From Vibrio vulnificus CMCP6 (GTDB lineage: Bacteria; Pseudomonadota; Gammaproteobacteria; Enterobacterales; Vibrionaceae), in the NCBI RefSeq assembly GCF_000039765.1, contig NC_004460.2, positions 1,380,001-1,412,000 on the forward strand: 32,000 nucleotides of DNA, in the 5' to 3' direction. Made by a program: the position numbers and the translations under genes. The notes beneath the pieces are model-generated. The model did no database searches. It was not told the DNA's origin and was given only the letters and a program-made list of their open reading frames with translations. Of this stretch, positions 1 through 9,381 are shown in pieces. Position 1 is the stretch's first letter, and every line of letters begins with the position of its first letter.

Positions 1-1
1 G

Positions 2-2503
2 AAAACAGGGTTTGTCTATTCGAAAGCCAATCAGAGTTTTTATGGCGTCATAGATAAAGCAGTGATTAAATTTGACCCTACAGCGAATAAAGCCCGTATT
101 TTGACTCTGATTCCTGAGTTTTATAAGTCCACTTATTATGAGTCATTTAGCCGTTATGTCCTCAAGCCTGTCGTTTCGAAAGATGGCAAAAGTTTGATTG
201 TGATTGCAACTCGTGGAGGAATGGCTCTTCCTGCTTCGCCTGCGGGGGATTCAACGAGGACGAGTGGTGGATTGGTCCATATTAATATTGATGAATCCAG
301 CAGTGACTTTGGTAAGGCGAATATTGTTTTTGAATTCTTTGAGCATAGTAATGCTGTGGGTAGAGATTGGCGCGACCGCATATTTGAGATTATGACAGAG
401 CCAATGCTTTATGATGATGGAACAGACCCATCCATCTTTTTGGGTTCTGAATACGTTGTCATCGACAAAGACATGTGTAACCAATCTGATAATAAATGCA
501 CAACGTCAGGAAAGCTTTTCAGTATGCATCCGAGCGATCAGAATGATTGGTCAAAACCTTGGAAAGTCCGTGGCAATGTGATGGGGCACACCATAATACT
601 TGGTCGTACTTCACACTATGATAGTCGAGAAAATGTCATCTGGGGGGGGGGTGAAAATGACTATCAAATGTCGTTGTTCAAAATAACACCTGAAGGAGAA
701 TGGGCGCCCGACCCTAGTTCAATCGACGGGATATGGAGTCAGTCTCGGATAGTTTGGTCTACCACTCATGGAACTTACCATCCGCAAGCTGTAGTGAGTG
801 GTTATGGAGATAAAGCTTTAGTTTGGACAACAGGCAGCGTTCCTAATAGCATTCCAGAATTCCGCCATCCTTATTTATCCAATATTTATGCACACAAAGA
901 GCCTGAGATTTTGCAAAGTTTTCAAGGGTTATGGAAGCCGGATTTAAGTGGTTATGCTAAGCCCGCTCATGTGACGGCGAGTCGAAATAGTTCGACCATG
1001 TGGGTCGTGGGTAACTCCGACGCCACTGCTGAGGACTTTTACCAAAGTCAAATGACTTATTTAAAGCAAACTCACACCTATGGCTCCGCTGAATATAGTA
1101 AAAGCCTGCAAACCTTATTGGACGAATATAATGTGGTTGCTTCGTATGTGGATGAAATTGGTACAAGTTCGCTCTCTCAGCAGCGTTTGTTAGGTGGAGA
1201 TGTGACGGGGGGTACCTTTTTTGCTGGCAGTGTTGCCGTTGGTGATGAAGGCAGCTTGGATAGCCAACTCTACACTGACGGGTTACTGCTTGCGATGGCC
1301 ACAGGTGGTGGCGAACATGGTGATGGCGCTCTGATTAAATACAACCGGAACACAACAGAAGTGACGCGTATTCCTTTGGGCACTAACGAGGCTGGCTATC
1401 CTGTAGGTAAAGCTGCTCAGGTTAGTTCATCCATCGTAATCGGTGGGACATCGAAAGTTGCCCAAGCGAAACTTAAGCCAATGGAAACCTCGGTTGGGAT
1501 CTGGTCTGTAAATCTACAAACAGGTGAGCTCTCTGATGAAAGGTTGCCTGGCACGAATGTCAAAGGAGTTTCTGGGGACGTTTACTTAGAAGCGGCTACG
1601 CCACCTCTGGCCTTTGTTAGAGCTGGCGATGGAGATTTTTGGGCCAATGCGACATATTGGGCGTACGATATACTTTCGTTTGTTGTGAATCCACAAACAC
1701 ATGAGGAGTTTCGTGCCGGTTTAATCAAAGTGGATGGCAAAACTGGGGCAATAAAAGCCGGGCCATTTATCACCACCGATGGGCCCAAATATTTTATAGG
1801 GAATGCGATAACGCCAATCAGTGGCAATGGAGAATTTGCGATGTTCTTTGAAGGTGCAGGGGTGAATGACACGCCGAGCACAGGGCAGAACCTATTCATC
1901 TATGATCTCAATAATATGGATTCGACCAATTACAAAAAAATCGCCTTCTCTCCTGACAACGGTGGACAGTCATCTGGGTTGTGGAGAACTCGTTTTTCAC
2001 CTGTTTATGATGTGACGTCAAATGCTTGGTACGTCATCACCACGAATAATGTTTCGACCAACGAGATCAATATTGTCAAGTTATCTGCATCGACAGACAT
2101 TATGACAGACCCTGTCGTGGCTAAGGTGAATGTGTCATGGCCACAGGGAATGCCAGTTAACGAGAATGACTATATTGCAACCTCGATGTTTGTTGGTTCG
2201 GACCATGCTATTTATTTTGGGACGAGTGATGGCAAACTGATGCGATTTAGTCCTGGCACTACTGCCGTTGAAGTGGCTTACGACTTTGCGCCTGCGAGTG
2301 GATCGGCGAAACTACATGGTTTTCTAAATGAAAAAGAAGGTGCCATTGTTGGGCTTATCGTTGATTCAACGGATGAAGTGCTGAGCAGTGGTATGAGAAT
2401 GTTTGCTTATGATCTAGACAGTGGAACAGCGAACACTGTCAACGCGGATGGTATTGCTGGGAGTGACGATCCTTACCCTGGTTTAAACCTCATTCGTCGT
2501 TGA
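2..2503 (+). CDS. Large beta-rich (propeller-like) protein of unknown function, 5'-truncated by the window edge
   Basis: The ORF track starts at GTG 62, but the same frame has no stop back to nt 2. The upstream residues (KTGFVYSKANQSFYGVIDKA) read like normal protein. GTG 62 has no SD and no signal peptide follows it. The protein is W/G/S/T-rich with strand-turn motifs such as YFGTSDGKLMRF, GGEHGDGALIKY and RAGDGDFWAN. I recognise no catalytic motif. A hairpin terminator follows the stop. Confidence 0.75.
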   Translation, partial: KTGFVYSKANQSFYGVIDKAVIKFDPTANKARILTLIPEFYKSTYYESFSRYVLKPVVSKDGKSLIVIATRGGMALPASPAGDSTRTSGGLVHINIDESSSDFGKANIVFEFFEHSNAVGRDWRDRIFEIMTEPMLYDDGTDPSIFLGSEYVVIDKDMCNQSDNKCTTSGKLFSMHPSDQNDWSKPWKVRGNVMGHTIILGRTSHYDSRENVIWGGGENDYQMSLFKITPEGEWAPDPSSIDGIWSQSRIVWSTTHGTYHPQAVVSGYGDKALVWTTGSVPNSIPEFRHPYLSNIYAHKEPEILQSFQGLWKPDLSGYAKPAHVTASRNSSTMWVVGNSDATAEDFYQSQMTYLKQTHTYGSAEYSKSLQTLLDEYNVVASYVDEIGTSSLSQQRLLGGDVTGGTFFAGSVAVGDEGSLDSQLYTDGLLLAMATGGGEHGDGALIKYNRNTTEVTRIPLGTNEAGYPVGKAAQVSSSIVIGGTSKVAQAKLKPMETSVGIWSVNLQTGELSDERLPGTNVKGVSGDVYLEAATPPLAFVRAGDGDFWANATYWAYDILSFVVNPQTHEEFRAGLIKVDGKTGAIKAGPFITTDGPKYFIGNAITPISGNGEFAMFFEGAGVNDTPSTGQNLFIYDLNNMDSTNYKKIAFSPDNGGQSSGLWRTRFSPVYDVTSNAWYVITTNNVSTNEINIVKLSASTDIMTDPVVAKVNVSWPQGMPVNENDYIATSMFVGSDHAIYFGTSDGKLMRFSPGTTAVEVAYDFAPASGSAKLHGFLNEKEGAIVGLIVDSTDEVLSSGMRMFAYDLDSGTANTVNADGIAGSDDPYPGLNLIRR
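642..651 (+). repeat. G10 homopolymer inside the CDS (codons tgg ggg ggg ggt = WGGG)
   Basis: Read directly as t641 followed by ten G at 642-651. A -1 slip gives ...WGGVKMTIKCRCSK-stop. A +1 slip gives an immediate TGA. Confidence 0.9.
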
Positions 2504-2531
2504 GTCTCTCTCTTTGATATTACAGAGATAC

Positions 2532-2566
2532 GGATTAAGTACCGAAATTAGGTACTTAATCCTTTG
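2532..2566 (+). terminator. Rho-independent terminator after the large CDS
   Basis: Perfect 12-bp stem GGATTAAGTACC / GGTACTTAATCC (2532-2543 and 2551-2562) with a 7-nt loop, followed by TTTG. It sits between convergent genes. Confidence 0.7.
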
Positions 2567-2624
2567 CTTAAGAGAAAGATGCCTGTGTTTCTCTCGCCTA
2601 CACTTTTTCCAGATTCAAGACGGT

Positions 2625-3227
2625 TTACCCCTCCGGCGCAACTCTCTCCCATTGAAAATACGCTTCGTCTGCCAACGCCAGCATTGGGCGATCTTCATCG
2701 GTATCGCCATAGGCATAAATGCGCGGGTATTGGTCGATATCGCAATGTGCTTTGACTCTGGCAACTTTGCGCGTTTTGCTGCAATCGCCATTGAGGTAGG
2801 TGCCAGTTAACGTGCCGTGGTGGATTTTCATTTCGCTGCAAAGCAGTTCAATACCTTGGGTTTGACACCAAGGCGCAAGGTAAAGGTCGAGCGAGGCTGA
2901 CACCAGAATAATACGGTCGCCTTTGGCTTGGTGCCACGCCAGTTTTTCCATTGCTTCTACTCGGAGGTAATGAGGGATCACCTCCGCTGCAAAACGTTCC
3001 CCCAATTGTTTCAGTTGATGGGCATCGCGGCCCCGAAAAGCCACCCAACTGGCAATCGGGCGCATCACATGTGCGGGCAACAGCTTGAGTTTGTATAGGG
3101 TATAAAACGGCATGATTGCGATCCGACCGAGCCATTTGCGCTGGGGAGACGCGGAGTGCTTCAAAAAGAGCGAAAACATATCTTCATGAGTGATGGTGCC
3201 ATCAAAATCAAACAGAGCGAGGTGCAT
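2625..3227 (-). CDS. HAD-superfamily hydrolase, subfamily IB (phosphoserine-phosphatase-like)
   Basis: Motif I is LALFDFDGTIT. SASLDLY and the C-terminal GDTDEDRPML are HAD motifs III and IV. I trimmed the start to ATG 3227 (MHLALFDFDG) because the 25-aa track extension precedes the nucleophile motif. Confidence 0.85.
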   Translation of the reverse strand: MHLALFDFDGTITHEDMFSLFLKHSASPQRKWLGRIAIMPFYTLYKLKLLPAHVMRPIASWVAFRGRDAHQLKQLGERFAAEVIPHYLRVEAMEKLAWHQAKGDRIILVSASLDLYLAPWCQTQGIELLCSEMKIHHGTLTGTYLNGDCSKTRKVARVKAHCDIDQYPRIYAYGDTDEDRPMLALADEAYFQWERVAPEG

Positions 3228-3326
3228 GCGAATACCTAAGCGAAAGGGATACCTGTTTATAGTGAGAGGCGATGGAAAGCGCAAGCGTTTCTGTTGTGTC
3301 ACAGCAGTATCGTTTTATTTTCTGAG

Positions 3327-3348
3327 TTTGAGTCACTCCTGACTCAAA
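3327..3348. promoter_or_regulatory. Inverted repeat in the divergent HAD/MCP promoter region (candidate operator)
   Basis: TTTGAGTCA-ctcc-TGACTCAAA is a perfect 9-4-9 repeat about 95 nt from each start codon. A repeat of this size can occur by chance, so only its position is suggestive. Confidence 0.3.
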
Positions 3349-3441
3349 TATAAATTGAGCAGAAATTAAACTTTTATATCAGTCATAGAATGGAAAATGG
3401 CTTTTCCAGACAATATACCTAAACAGTAATTAGGTAATGAT

Positions 3442-5064
3442 ATGAAAATTCAACACAAGCTGACGATTCCCGTTGGCATTATTTTACTGACGTTTTTAGT
3501 CGTCTCTTTTATTAATTATTCCTTATCTGAGAAACAAGCCAAAATAGCCGACGATATTAACAATGGCATGTATCCGGTGGTGATGAGTCTAGAGGATGCT
3601 TATCGAGACTTATACCAGTCGAGCAATGCGGTGCAAGGTTGGCTGCTGGCTTCATCGCAGGATGAAAAGAACTACCATGTCGGGGAGTTTAAAGAAAATG
3701 CCTACAAAGCAATTCCGCGAATGAAGAAAGTACAGCAATTAATTGATGCGCAGCTCATTCCTAGCGCAATGCAAGGGGAGCTCAATAGGCTGGTGAAAAT
3801 AACGCAGAGTTGGATCGGATTGTATGAACCGATATTTAATCAGCCTGATTTAGCTGAACATTATTACGCCGACAACCAGCAAATCATTCACGATGAGTTT
3901 GTGCTGATGCGTGCTCAACTCAAAACCCTTAGTAATGCCATTGATGATGAGTTGATGTTGCTCAATCAGCAATATGTTGAACGCCAGAACTTTGTCGACA
4001 ACGTGATCCTCATTGGTTTGGTGGCGGTGGTGATCAGCGTGTCGTTTGCCTACTGGGTGATTCAGCGTTTTGTGATGAAGCCGATGCGACAAATTCAGGT
4101 GGCGATGCGCGATATTTCGGAAGGGGAAGGGGATCTTTCTCGCCGTATCGACATCAGCAGCCGCGATGAACTGGGCGAGCTCGCGCACTCCTTCAACCAA
4201 TTTACCAGCCGCATTCACAACACCATTGGAGAGGTAGTGGCGGCAACGCAAAGCGTGCGCAGTGACATGCATTTGATTTTGCAATCGACGCAGCAAATCA
4301 GCCAGTTTTCACATGGGCAGCAACAAGAAAGCCATACCGTCGCTGCTGCCGTAAATGAAATGCAGGCCACCAGCCAATCCGTGAGTGATAGCGCTGGTGA
4401 AGCAGCGCACTCAAGTTCCCTCGCGAGTGAGCAGGTAGAGCAAGCTCAGCGCACCGTGCAACAAACGGTGGAATCGATCGAGCATTTGTCGGACGAAATT
4501 GAGAGTGCGACGCAAGTGATTCACCGGCTGGACTCACAGGTAAGTAACATCGCCTCGGTGCTGGATGTGATTCGTGGCATTGCCGACCAAACCAATCTGT
4601 TGGCACTCAACGCGGCGATTGAAGCGGCGCGGGCGGGAGAGCAAGGGCGCGGTTTTGCCGTGGTGGCGGATGAAGTACGCTCTTTGGCGAGTCGCACATC
4701 CGACAGTACGGGAGAAATTCAGGCGATGATCGAACGCTTACAGCAAGGTGCTCAGGAGGCGGTGGTAGTGATGTCGCGCAGCGTGTCTAGCCGTGAAGAA
4801 ACGCTGCATCGAGCCAGCAACGCGACCGATTCGCTAGACCAAATAGGGTCTTCCATTGTGCATATGAACGACATGAACAGTCAGATTGCTTCCGCCTCCA
4901 CTCAGCAAAGTGCCGTCAGCGCCGACATAAACCTGAATGTGCAGAACATTGCTGACAGTTCGAAGCAGATGGTCAGTATGGTGGCGCAGGTGCAACAAGC
5001 CTGTGAGGGGCTCGATGAGCAATGCGAACAGTTAGATACCCTGCTGGGACGATTCAAAATTTAA
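3442..5064 (+). CDS. Methyl-accepting chemotaxis protein (N-terminal TM, helical periplasmic sensor, second TM, HAMP, MCP signalling domain)
   Basis: Contains the conserved signalling hairpin [35 protein letters not shown], a HAMP region ([31 protein letters not shown]) and two hydrophobic segments. Confidence 0.95.
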   Translation: MKIQHKLTIPVGIILLTFLVVSFINYSLSEKQAKIADDINNGMYPVVMSLEDAYRDLYQSSNAVQGWLLASSQDEKNYHVGEFKENAYKAIPRMKKVQQLIDAQLIPSAMQGELNRLVKITQSWIGLYEPIFNQPDLAEHYYADNQQIIHDEFVLMRAQLKTLSNAIDDELMLLNQQYVERQNFVDNVILIGLVAVVISVSFAYWVIQRFVMKPMRQIQVAMRDISEGEGDLSRRIDISSRDELGELAHSFNQFTSRIHNTIGEVVAATQSVRSDMHLILQSTQQISQFSHGQQQESHTVAAAVNEMQATSQSVSDSAGEAAHSSSLASEQVEQAQRTVQQTVESIEHLSDEIESATQVIHRLDSQVSNIASVLDVIRGIADQTNLLALNAAIEAARAGEQGRGFAVVADEVRSLASRTSDSTGEIQAMIERLQQGAQEAVVVMSRSVSSREETLHRASNATDSLDQIGSSIVHMNDMNSQIASASTQQSAVSADINLNVQNIADSSKQMVSMVAQVQQACEGLDEQCEQLDTLLGRFKI

Positions 5065-5084
5065 TCATTAGAGAGACAAAGGCA

Positions 5085-5111
5085 GCGCTGAAAAACAATA
5101 CTTTTCAGCGC
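5085..5111. terminator. Bidirectional hairpin between convergent genes
   Basis: GCGCTGAAAA-acaatac-TTTTCAGCGC is a perfect 10-bp stem with its A/T runs built into the stem base. Confidence 0.6.
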
Positions 5112-5132
5112 CTTAGTGTTAACACAGGAAGT

Positions 5133-5678
5133 TCATTCAATTTTGGTGTAGTGATCCACCGCAAAGCTAAAAACAACCTTAATCATAAAAAACAGCGAAC
5201 AGGCTAAAAACCAGGGCTCTAATGGCAGCAACAGGAGCAGTAATAAGCCAAAACACATCAAGCTGGCTGAGACAAACAGTTGCAAACGATGGCCGTTGAG
5301 TGAGTTCACCACCAGAGCCGATGTAATTGTGTAAATCCAGACCATCCAAGCCAACAGTATCGATTCTCCGAGCAGCCAAGCAATCGCAATAACATGGAAA
5401 TGGATGGCGATGAACATGAAACGGCTGCTGCGTCGAGAGGCGTAGTACAGGTTGGTGCCTCTCGTAAAATTAGCAACACAACCAGCAAGTACATCGACGA
5501 TGAGAATGAAGCCCATCGCCACCTGCCAAGTAACCTCTGGCGAAGATGGGCGATACAAGACCCCATAAATTGCGGCACTTCCTACAAACGCAAAAGCGAA
5601 GATGGAGACGATCTCCAATAGGGATTGTTTTTCTCCCAAGACTTCATGTAGGGATTTGGGGATGGGAATTTCTGCCAT
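5133..5678 (-). CDS. Polytopic inner-membrane protein, unknown function
   Basis: 181 aa with about 5 hydrophobic helices. SD AAGGAA lies 6 nt upstream of the ATG. I recognise no family motif. Confidence 0.6.
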   Translation of the reverse strand: MAEIPIPKSLHEVLGEKQSLLEIVSIFAFAFVGSAAIYGVLYRPSSPEVTWQVAMGFILIVDVLAGCVANFTRGTNLYYASRRSSRFMFIAIHFHVIAIAWLLGESILLAWMVWIYTITSALVVNSLNGHRLQLFVSASLMCFGLLLLLLLPLEPWFLACSLFFMIKVVFSFAVDHYTKIE

Positions 5679-5796
5679 TCTTCATTCCTTTTCAGTTTGT
5701 ACTCGACGGTGATGGATGTTCAACATCGCATGTTGTTGATCGAATAAGTGTGAGAGTGCGCTTCATTCCCCTTCCTCTATGGGGATTGGGAGGATC

Positions 5797-6576
5797 TTAA
5801 AAAGAGCGTTCAAACGCACTGAAGTTGGGTTGTGGCAGCGACTCAAATCCCGGTTTACTGATCAAATAACCCTGAACAAGAGAGATACCCATTGCTCTCA
5901 AGCACTCAAGCTCTTCTGCATTTTCTACCCCTTCAACTAACGGGGTGATGTTCAAATCCTTCAACATCGTAACGCAGTGTCGAACAATTTTCTGCCGTTT
6001 CGCATCGCGGTGAATATTGCGAATAAGGTGCATGTCGAGCTTGACGATGTCGGTTTGAAAATCGCTCAACAGGTTTAGCCCTGAGTAGCCCGCGCCAAAA
6101 TCATCAATCGCGGTTAAGAATCCGAGTGATTGGTAATATTCGACCACTCTTCTAACATGGTTAGCATCCTCGTATTTTTCGACTTCAGTAAACTCAAACA
6201 TGATGTTTTCGACAGGAAAGTTGAACCGTTTAGCTGCTTCGAGTGTGGTTCGGATGCATCTTTCTGGTTGATAGATGGCGTTTGGAAGAAAGTTGATACT
6301 GAGCTTTGTTTTTAAATTCAATTTCGCAGCCCATTCTATCGCTTTGACTCTGCAAGCTTGGTCAAATTGGTATCGGTTTTCATCACACACTTTAGACAAA
6401 ATGCTCCACGCGCTTTCACCATTAACGCCTCGAACGAGCGCTTCGTAAGCAAACACTTCCTTACGTACAATATCGACAATCGGTTGAAAGGCCATCGAGA
6501 ATTCAAAACTTAGGGATTCTTGAGCTTGGCAGCGTGCACAGCCAATAACGTTGGTGTCCAAATTATCACTATTCAT
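5797..6576 (-). CDS. Stand-alone EAL-domain protein (probable c-di-GMP phosphodiesterase)
   Basis: All EAL catalytic signatures are present: EALVRG, SINFLPN, FEFTE, DDFGAGYSGL, KLD, EGVE and QGY. There is a short N-terminal CARC motif and no other domain. Confidence 0.9.
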   Translation of the reverse strand: MNSDNLDTNVIGCARCQAQESLSFEFSMAFQPIVDIVRKEVFAYEALVRGVNGESAWSILSKVCDENRYQFDQACRVKAIEWAAKLNLKTKLSINFLPNAIYQPERCIRTTLEAAKRFNFPVENIMFEFTEVEKYEDANHVRRVVEYYQSLGFLTAIDDFGAGYSGLNLLSDFQTDIVKLDMHLIRNIHRDAKRQKIVRHCVTMLKDLNITPLVEGVENAEELECLRAMGISLVQGYLISKPGFESLPQPNFSAFERSF

Positions 6577-6790
6577 ATCAGTCTCTTACACGTTTGAGCT
6601 TCTAAGGGTTTTACTTTAAAAGATTAGCACTGTTTTTGTCAGGAGAACGTTTTTCTCAGCCATCCCGTTTTCGCGCCACTAGGAATCACTATGATTAGGC
6701 GTATAGTGTCTCTGATTTGGCCCACACTGAAAGGGTCACCCATTTTCATTGCCAGCAAAACGGCAATGTCACGCTCAATAGGAATCCAGT

Positions 6791-8218
6791 ATGAATTCAT
6801 TATTCAGGCAGCAATGTTATCTGCTCGGGGAATGGCGCAGTGCGCCGCAAACCATGACCATTACCAATCCTTTTAACGATGAAGTGATTGGTACGGTGCC
6901 GAATATGGGGGAAAAGGAGACCCAAGAAGTGATCGCGGGTGCAGACAAAGCGTTTCAGCAGTTTAAAGCACTCACGGCACAAGAACGGGCCAATCTGCTG
7001 CATCGTTGGCATCAGTTGATCCTAGAACACAGCGATGAGTTGGCGCACATCATGACGTTAGAACAAGGTAAGCCATTGGCTGAAGCGAAGGGAGAAGTGC
7101 TTTATGCCGCCAGTTTTATTGAATGGTTTGCTGAAGAGGCGCGCAGAGCCTATGGCACGCTCGTGCCAAGCCACAAAGCAAACGCCAAGATTTTGGTGAC
7201 CAAAGAGCCGATCGGCGTGGTGGCTGCGATTACGCCTTGGAACTTCCCCGCGGCGATGATCACCCGCAAATGCGGCCCAGCGTTTGCGGCAGGTTGCCCG
7301 GTGATTTTAAAACCCGCGCCGGATACCCCTTTTACCGCGCTTGCACTGGCTGTGCTGGCGGAAAAAGCGGGCTTTCCTGCTGGGGTATTTAACGTGATCA
7401 CTGGCGATGCGGTTGCGATTGGTGGCGAACTGACCAGTAACAAGCGCGTTCGTAAATTATCGTTCACGGGCTCAACGCCGGTAGGCAAACTGTTGATGCG
7501 TCAATCGGCAGACAACATCAAAAAGCTCTCTCTTGAACTGGGTGGCAATGCCCCGTTTATCGTCTTTGAAGATGCCGATTTGGATGCCGCCGTTGAAGGG
7601 GCAATGATCGCCAAGTTCCGCAATGCCGGGCAAACCTGCGTCTGTGCAAACCGCCTTTATGTTCAGCGCTCGGTTTATTCTGAATTTTGTCAAAAACTGG
7701 TGGCGAAAGTCTCGGCGCTTAAAGTGGGTAACGGCTTTGACCAAGGCGTTCATATTGGCCCGTTAATCAACGATGCCGCAGTCGCTAAGGTGGTGCAACA
7801 CGTCGAAGACGCCCAAAGCAAAGGGGCGCAAATTGAATGTGGTCAATTACCTACGGCAGGCAGTCGACTTGTGCAGCCTTTGGTACTCAGTGGCGTGACG
7901 GATGAGATGCTGGTGGCGCAGGAGGAAACCTTTGGCCCAATGGCACCACTGTTTGTCTTTGATAGCGAAGAGGAAGTGCTGGCACGTGCCAACAACACCG
8001 ATTTTGGCCTCGCGGCGTACTTCTATACACAATCACTCTCACGAGCTTGGCGCATGTCGGAAGCGCTTGAAGCGGGCATTGTCGGTATCAATGAAGGATT
8101 GATTTCCACCACCGTTGCGCCGTTTGGTGGCGTAAAAGAATCGGGCTTAGGGAGAGAAGGTTCATTCCTTGGCATGGATGATTACATGGAAAGTAAGTAC
8201 ATCCTGATGGGGTTATAA
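6791..8218 (+). CDS. gabD: NAD(P)+-dependent succinate-semialdehyde dehydrogenase
   Basis: Aldehyde dehydrogenase signatures ELGGNAPFIVFEDADLD and FRNAGQTCVCANR (catalytic Cys). TLEQGKPLAEAKGEVLYAASFIEWFAEEA is near-identical to the E. coli GabD region as I recall it. Confidence 0.9.
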   Translation: MNSLFRQQCYLLGEWRSAPQTMTITNPFNDEVIGTVPNMGEKETQEVIAGADKAFQQFKALTAQERANLLHRWHQLILEHSDELAHIMTLEQGKPLAEAKGEVLYAASFIEWFAEEARRAYGTLVPSHKANAKILVTKEPIGVVAAITPWNFPAAMITRKCGPAFAAGCPVILKPAPDTPFTALALAVLAEKAGFPAGVFNVITGDAVAIGGELTSNKRVRKLSFTGSTPVGKLLMRQSADNIKKLSLELGGNAPFIVFEDADLDAAVEGAMIAKFRNAGQTCVCANRLYVQRSVYSEFCQKLVAKVSALKVGNGFDQGVHIGPLINDAAVAKVVQHVEDAQSKGAQIECGQLPTAGSRLVQPLVLSGVTDEMLVAQEETFGPMAPLFVFDSEEEVLARANNTDFGLAAYFYTQSLSRAWRMSEALEAGIVGINEGLISTTVAPFGGVKESGLGREGSFLGMDDYMESKYILMGL

Positions 8219-8371
8219 AAGGCGTGATTGTGGCGGGTACTGGGCTCAGAAAAGATATATAACCGATCGTTCTAGTTAAGACGAGTTTCGTTGGAAAGTA
8301 TTCCTTTTAATTTGAGGTCTAAGGACTGATATTAAACAGGTAATTACCTCCAAACCAAAAAAGGACACATC

Positions 8372-9229
8372 ATGGCAAATACCTATACTCCTCCAGCAGT
8401 CTGGACCATGAATGAAGAAAACGGCGGTCAGTGGGCGAGCATCAACCGTCCAGATTCGGGTGCGAGATTTGAACGAGAGCTGCCGGTCGGCTCACACCCA
8501 CTCCAGCTTTACTCTATGGGTACACCCAATGGTCAGAAGGTGACCATCATGCTTGAGGAGTTGTTGGCTCTTGGCGTGAAAGAAGCCGAATACGATGCGC
8601 ACATCATCAAGATTGGCGATGCGGATCAGTTTTCGTCGGGCTTTGTGGCGGTGAATCCAAACTCAAAAATTCCCGCCTTGGTTGACCGCTCTGTGGCTGA
8701 GCCGATCAATGTTTTTGAGTCGGGTCATATTCTGCTTTATCTCGCCGAGAAGTTTGGCAAATTGCTGCCTACGGATTTAGCGGCGCGCACTCAAGTCATG
8801 AACTGGCTATTCTGGCTGCAAGGTTCAGCGCCTTATCTGGGGGGCGGTTTTGGCCATTTTTATGCTTACGCACCAGAGAAATTTGAGTACCCGATTAATC
8901 GCTTCACCATGGAAGCCAAGCGTCAACTTGACGTGCTGGATAAGCAATTGGCGAAACATCGTTACCTCGGTGGTGATGAATATTCGATTGCTGACATCGC
9001 CGTTTGGCCTTGGTATGGCAACCTTGTGCTGGGCAAACTGTACAATGCGGCTGAGTTTTTAGACGTGGCGAGCTACCAAAACGTGGTGCGTTGGGCGAAA
9101 GACATTGAACAGCGTGACGCAGTAAAACGTGGCCGTATCGTCAATAAAACCTGGGGCGAATCGTGGGAGATGGTTGAAGAGCGCCACAGCGCCAGTGACA
9201 TCGACCAAGCGCTCGCGACGCAACCTTAA
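8372..9229 (+). CDS. yghU: Nu-class glutathione S-transferase, YghU family
   Basis: Long colinear identity to E. coli YghU as recalled: HPLQLYSMGTPNGQKVTIMLEELLALGV, DQFSSGFVAVNPNSKIPAL, MNWLFWLQGSAPYLGGGFGHFY and RFTMEAKRQLDVLDKQLA. Confidence 0.93.
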   Translation: MANTYTPPAVWTMNEENGGQWASINRPDSGARFERELPVGSHPLQLYSMGTPNGQKVTIMLEELLALGVKEAEYDAHIIKIGDADQFSSGFVAVNPNSKIPALVDRSVAEPINVFESGHILLYLAEKFGKLLPTDLAARTQVMNWLFWLQGSAPYLGGGFGHFYAYAPEKFEYPINRFTMEAKRQLDVLDKQLAKHRYLGGDEYSIADIAVWPWYGNLVLGKLYNAAEFLDVASYQNVVRWAKDIEQRDAVKRGRIVNKTWGESWEMVEERHSASDIDQALATQP

Positions 9230-9274
9230 ACGCTCTGTTTTATCATCATTAAATGGATGAAAGTAATCAACAGC

Positions 9275-9308
9275 AAAAGCCCCTCCTCAATTGGAGGGGC
9301 TTCTTTAT
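9275..9308. terminator. Bidirectional rho-independent terminator
   Basis: AAGCCCCTCC-tcaatt-GGAGGGGCTT is a 10-bp GC-rich stem. It is flanked by AAAA on the left and TTCTTTAT on the right, and lies between convergent yghU and the HD-GYP gene. Confidence 0.85.
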
Positions 9309-9352
9309 CGGTTTTCTTTATCGGCTTTCGTTCATCGTTTTTGCTATGGCAT
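9301..9352. repeat. Decaying 13-bp tandem repeat (about 4 copies)
   Basis: Copies are ttctttatcggtt / ttctttatcggct / ttcgttcatcgtt / tttgctatggcat. The first two share an exact 11-mer at period 13. The array is intergenic and immediately follows the terminator. Confidence 0.6.
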
Positions 9353-9381
9353 TGTTTGGATGGCTCTTCTTCGATGCATGC

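Noticed and set aside
3228-3302. N-terminal extensions given by the ORF track for HAD (3302), VOC (16321), LysR (16260), Na/Pi (12719), chaA (19696), dedA (20377), porin (25837), permease (29755) and HK (23110).
   Set aside because: The extensions precede conserved N-terminal motifs or signal peptides, use non-ATG codons without SDs, or run through promoter or hairpin sequence. Internal starts with SDs fit better.
8282-8293. The exact 12-mer CGAGTTTCGTTG is shared between 8282-8293 and 10786-10797, both in intergenic regions and both preceded by TAGT.
   Set aside because: By my estimate (N squared over 2, times 4 to the -12) tens of exact 12-mer pairs are expected by chance in 32 kb. The match does not extend without an indel.
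8338-8349. A perfect 12-bp palindrome AGGTAATTACCT 23 nt upstream of yghU.
   Set aside because: Several perfect 12-bp palindromes are expected per 32 kb by chance, and no second copy or partner motif was seen.
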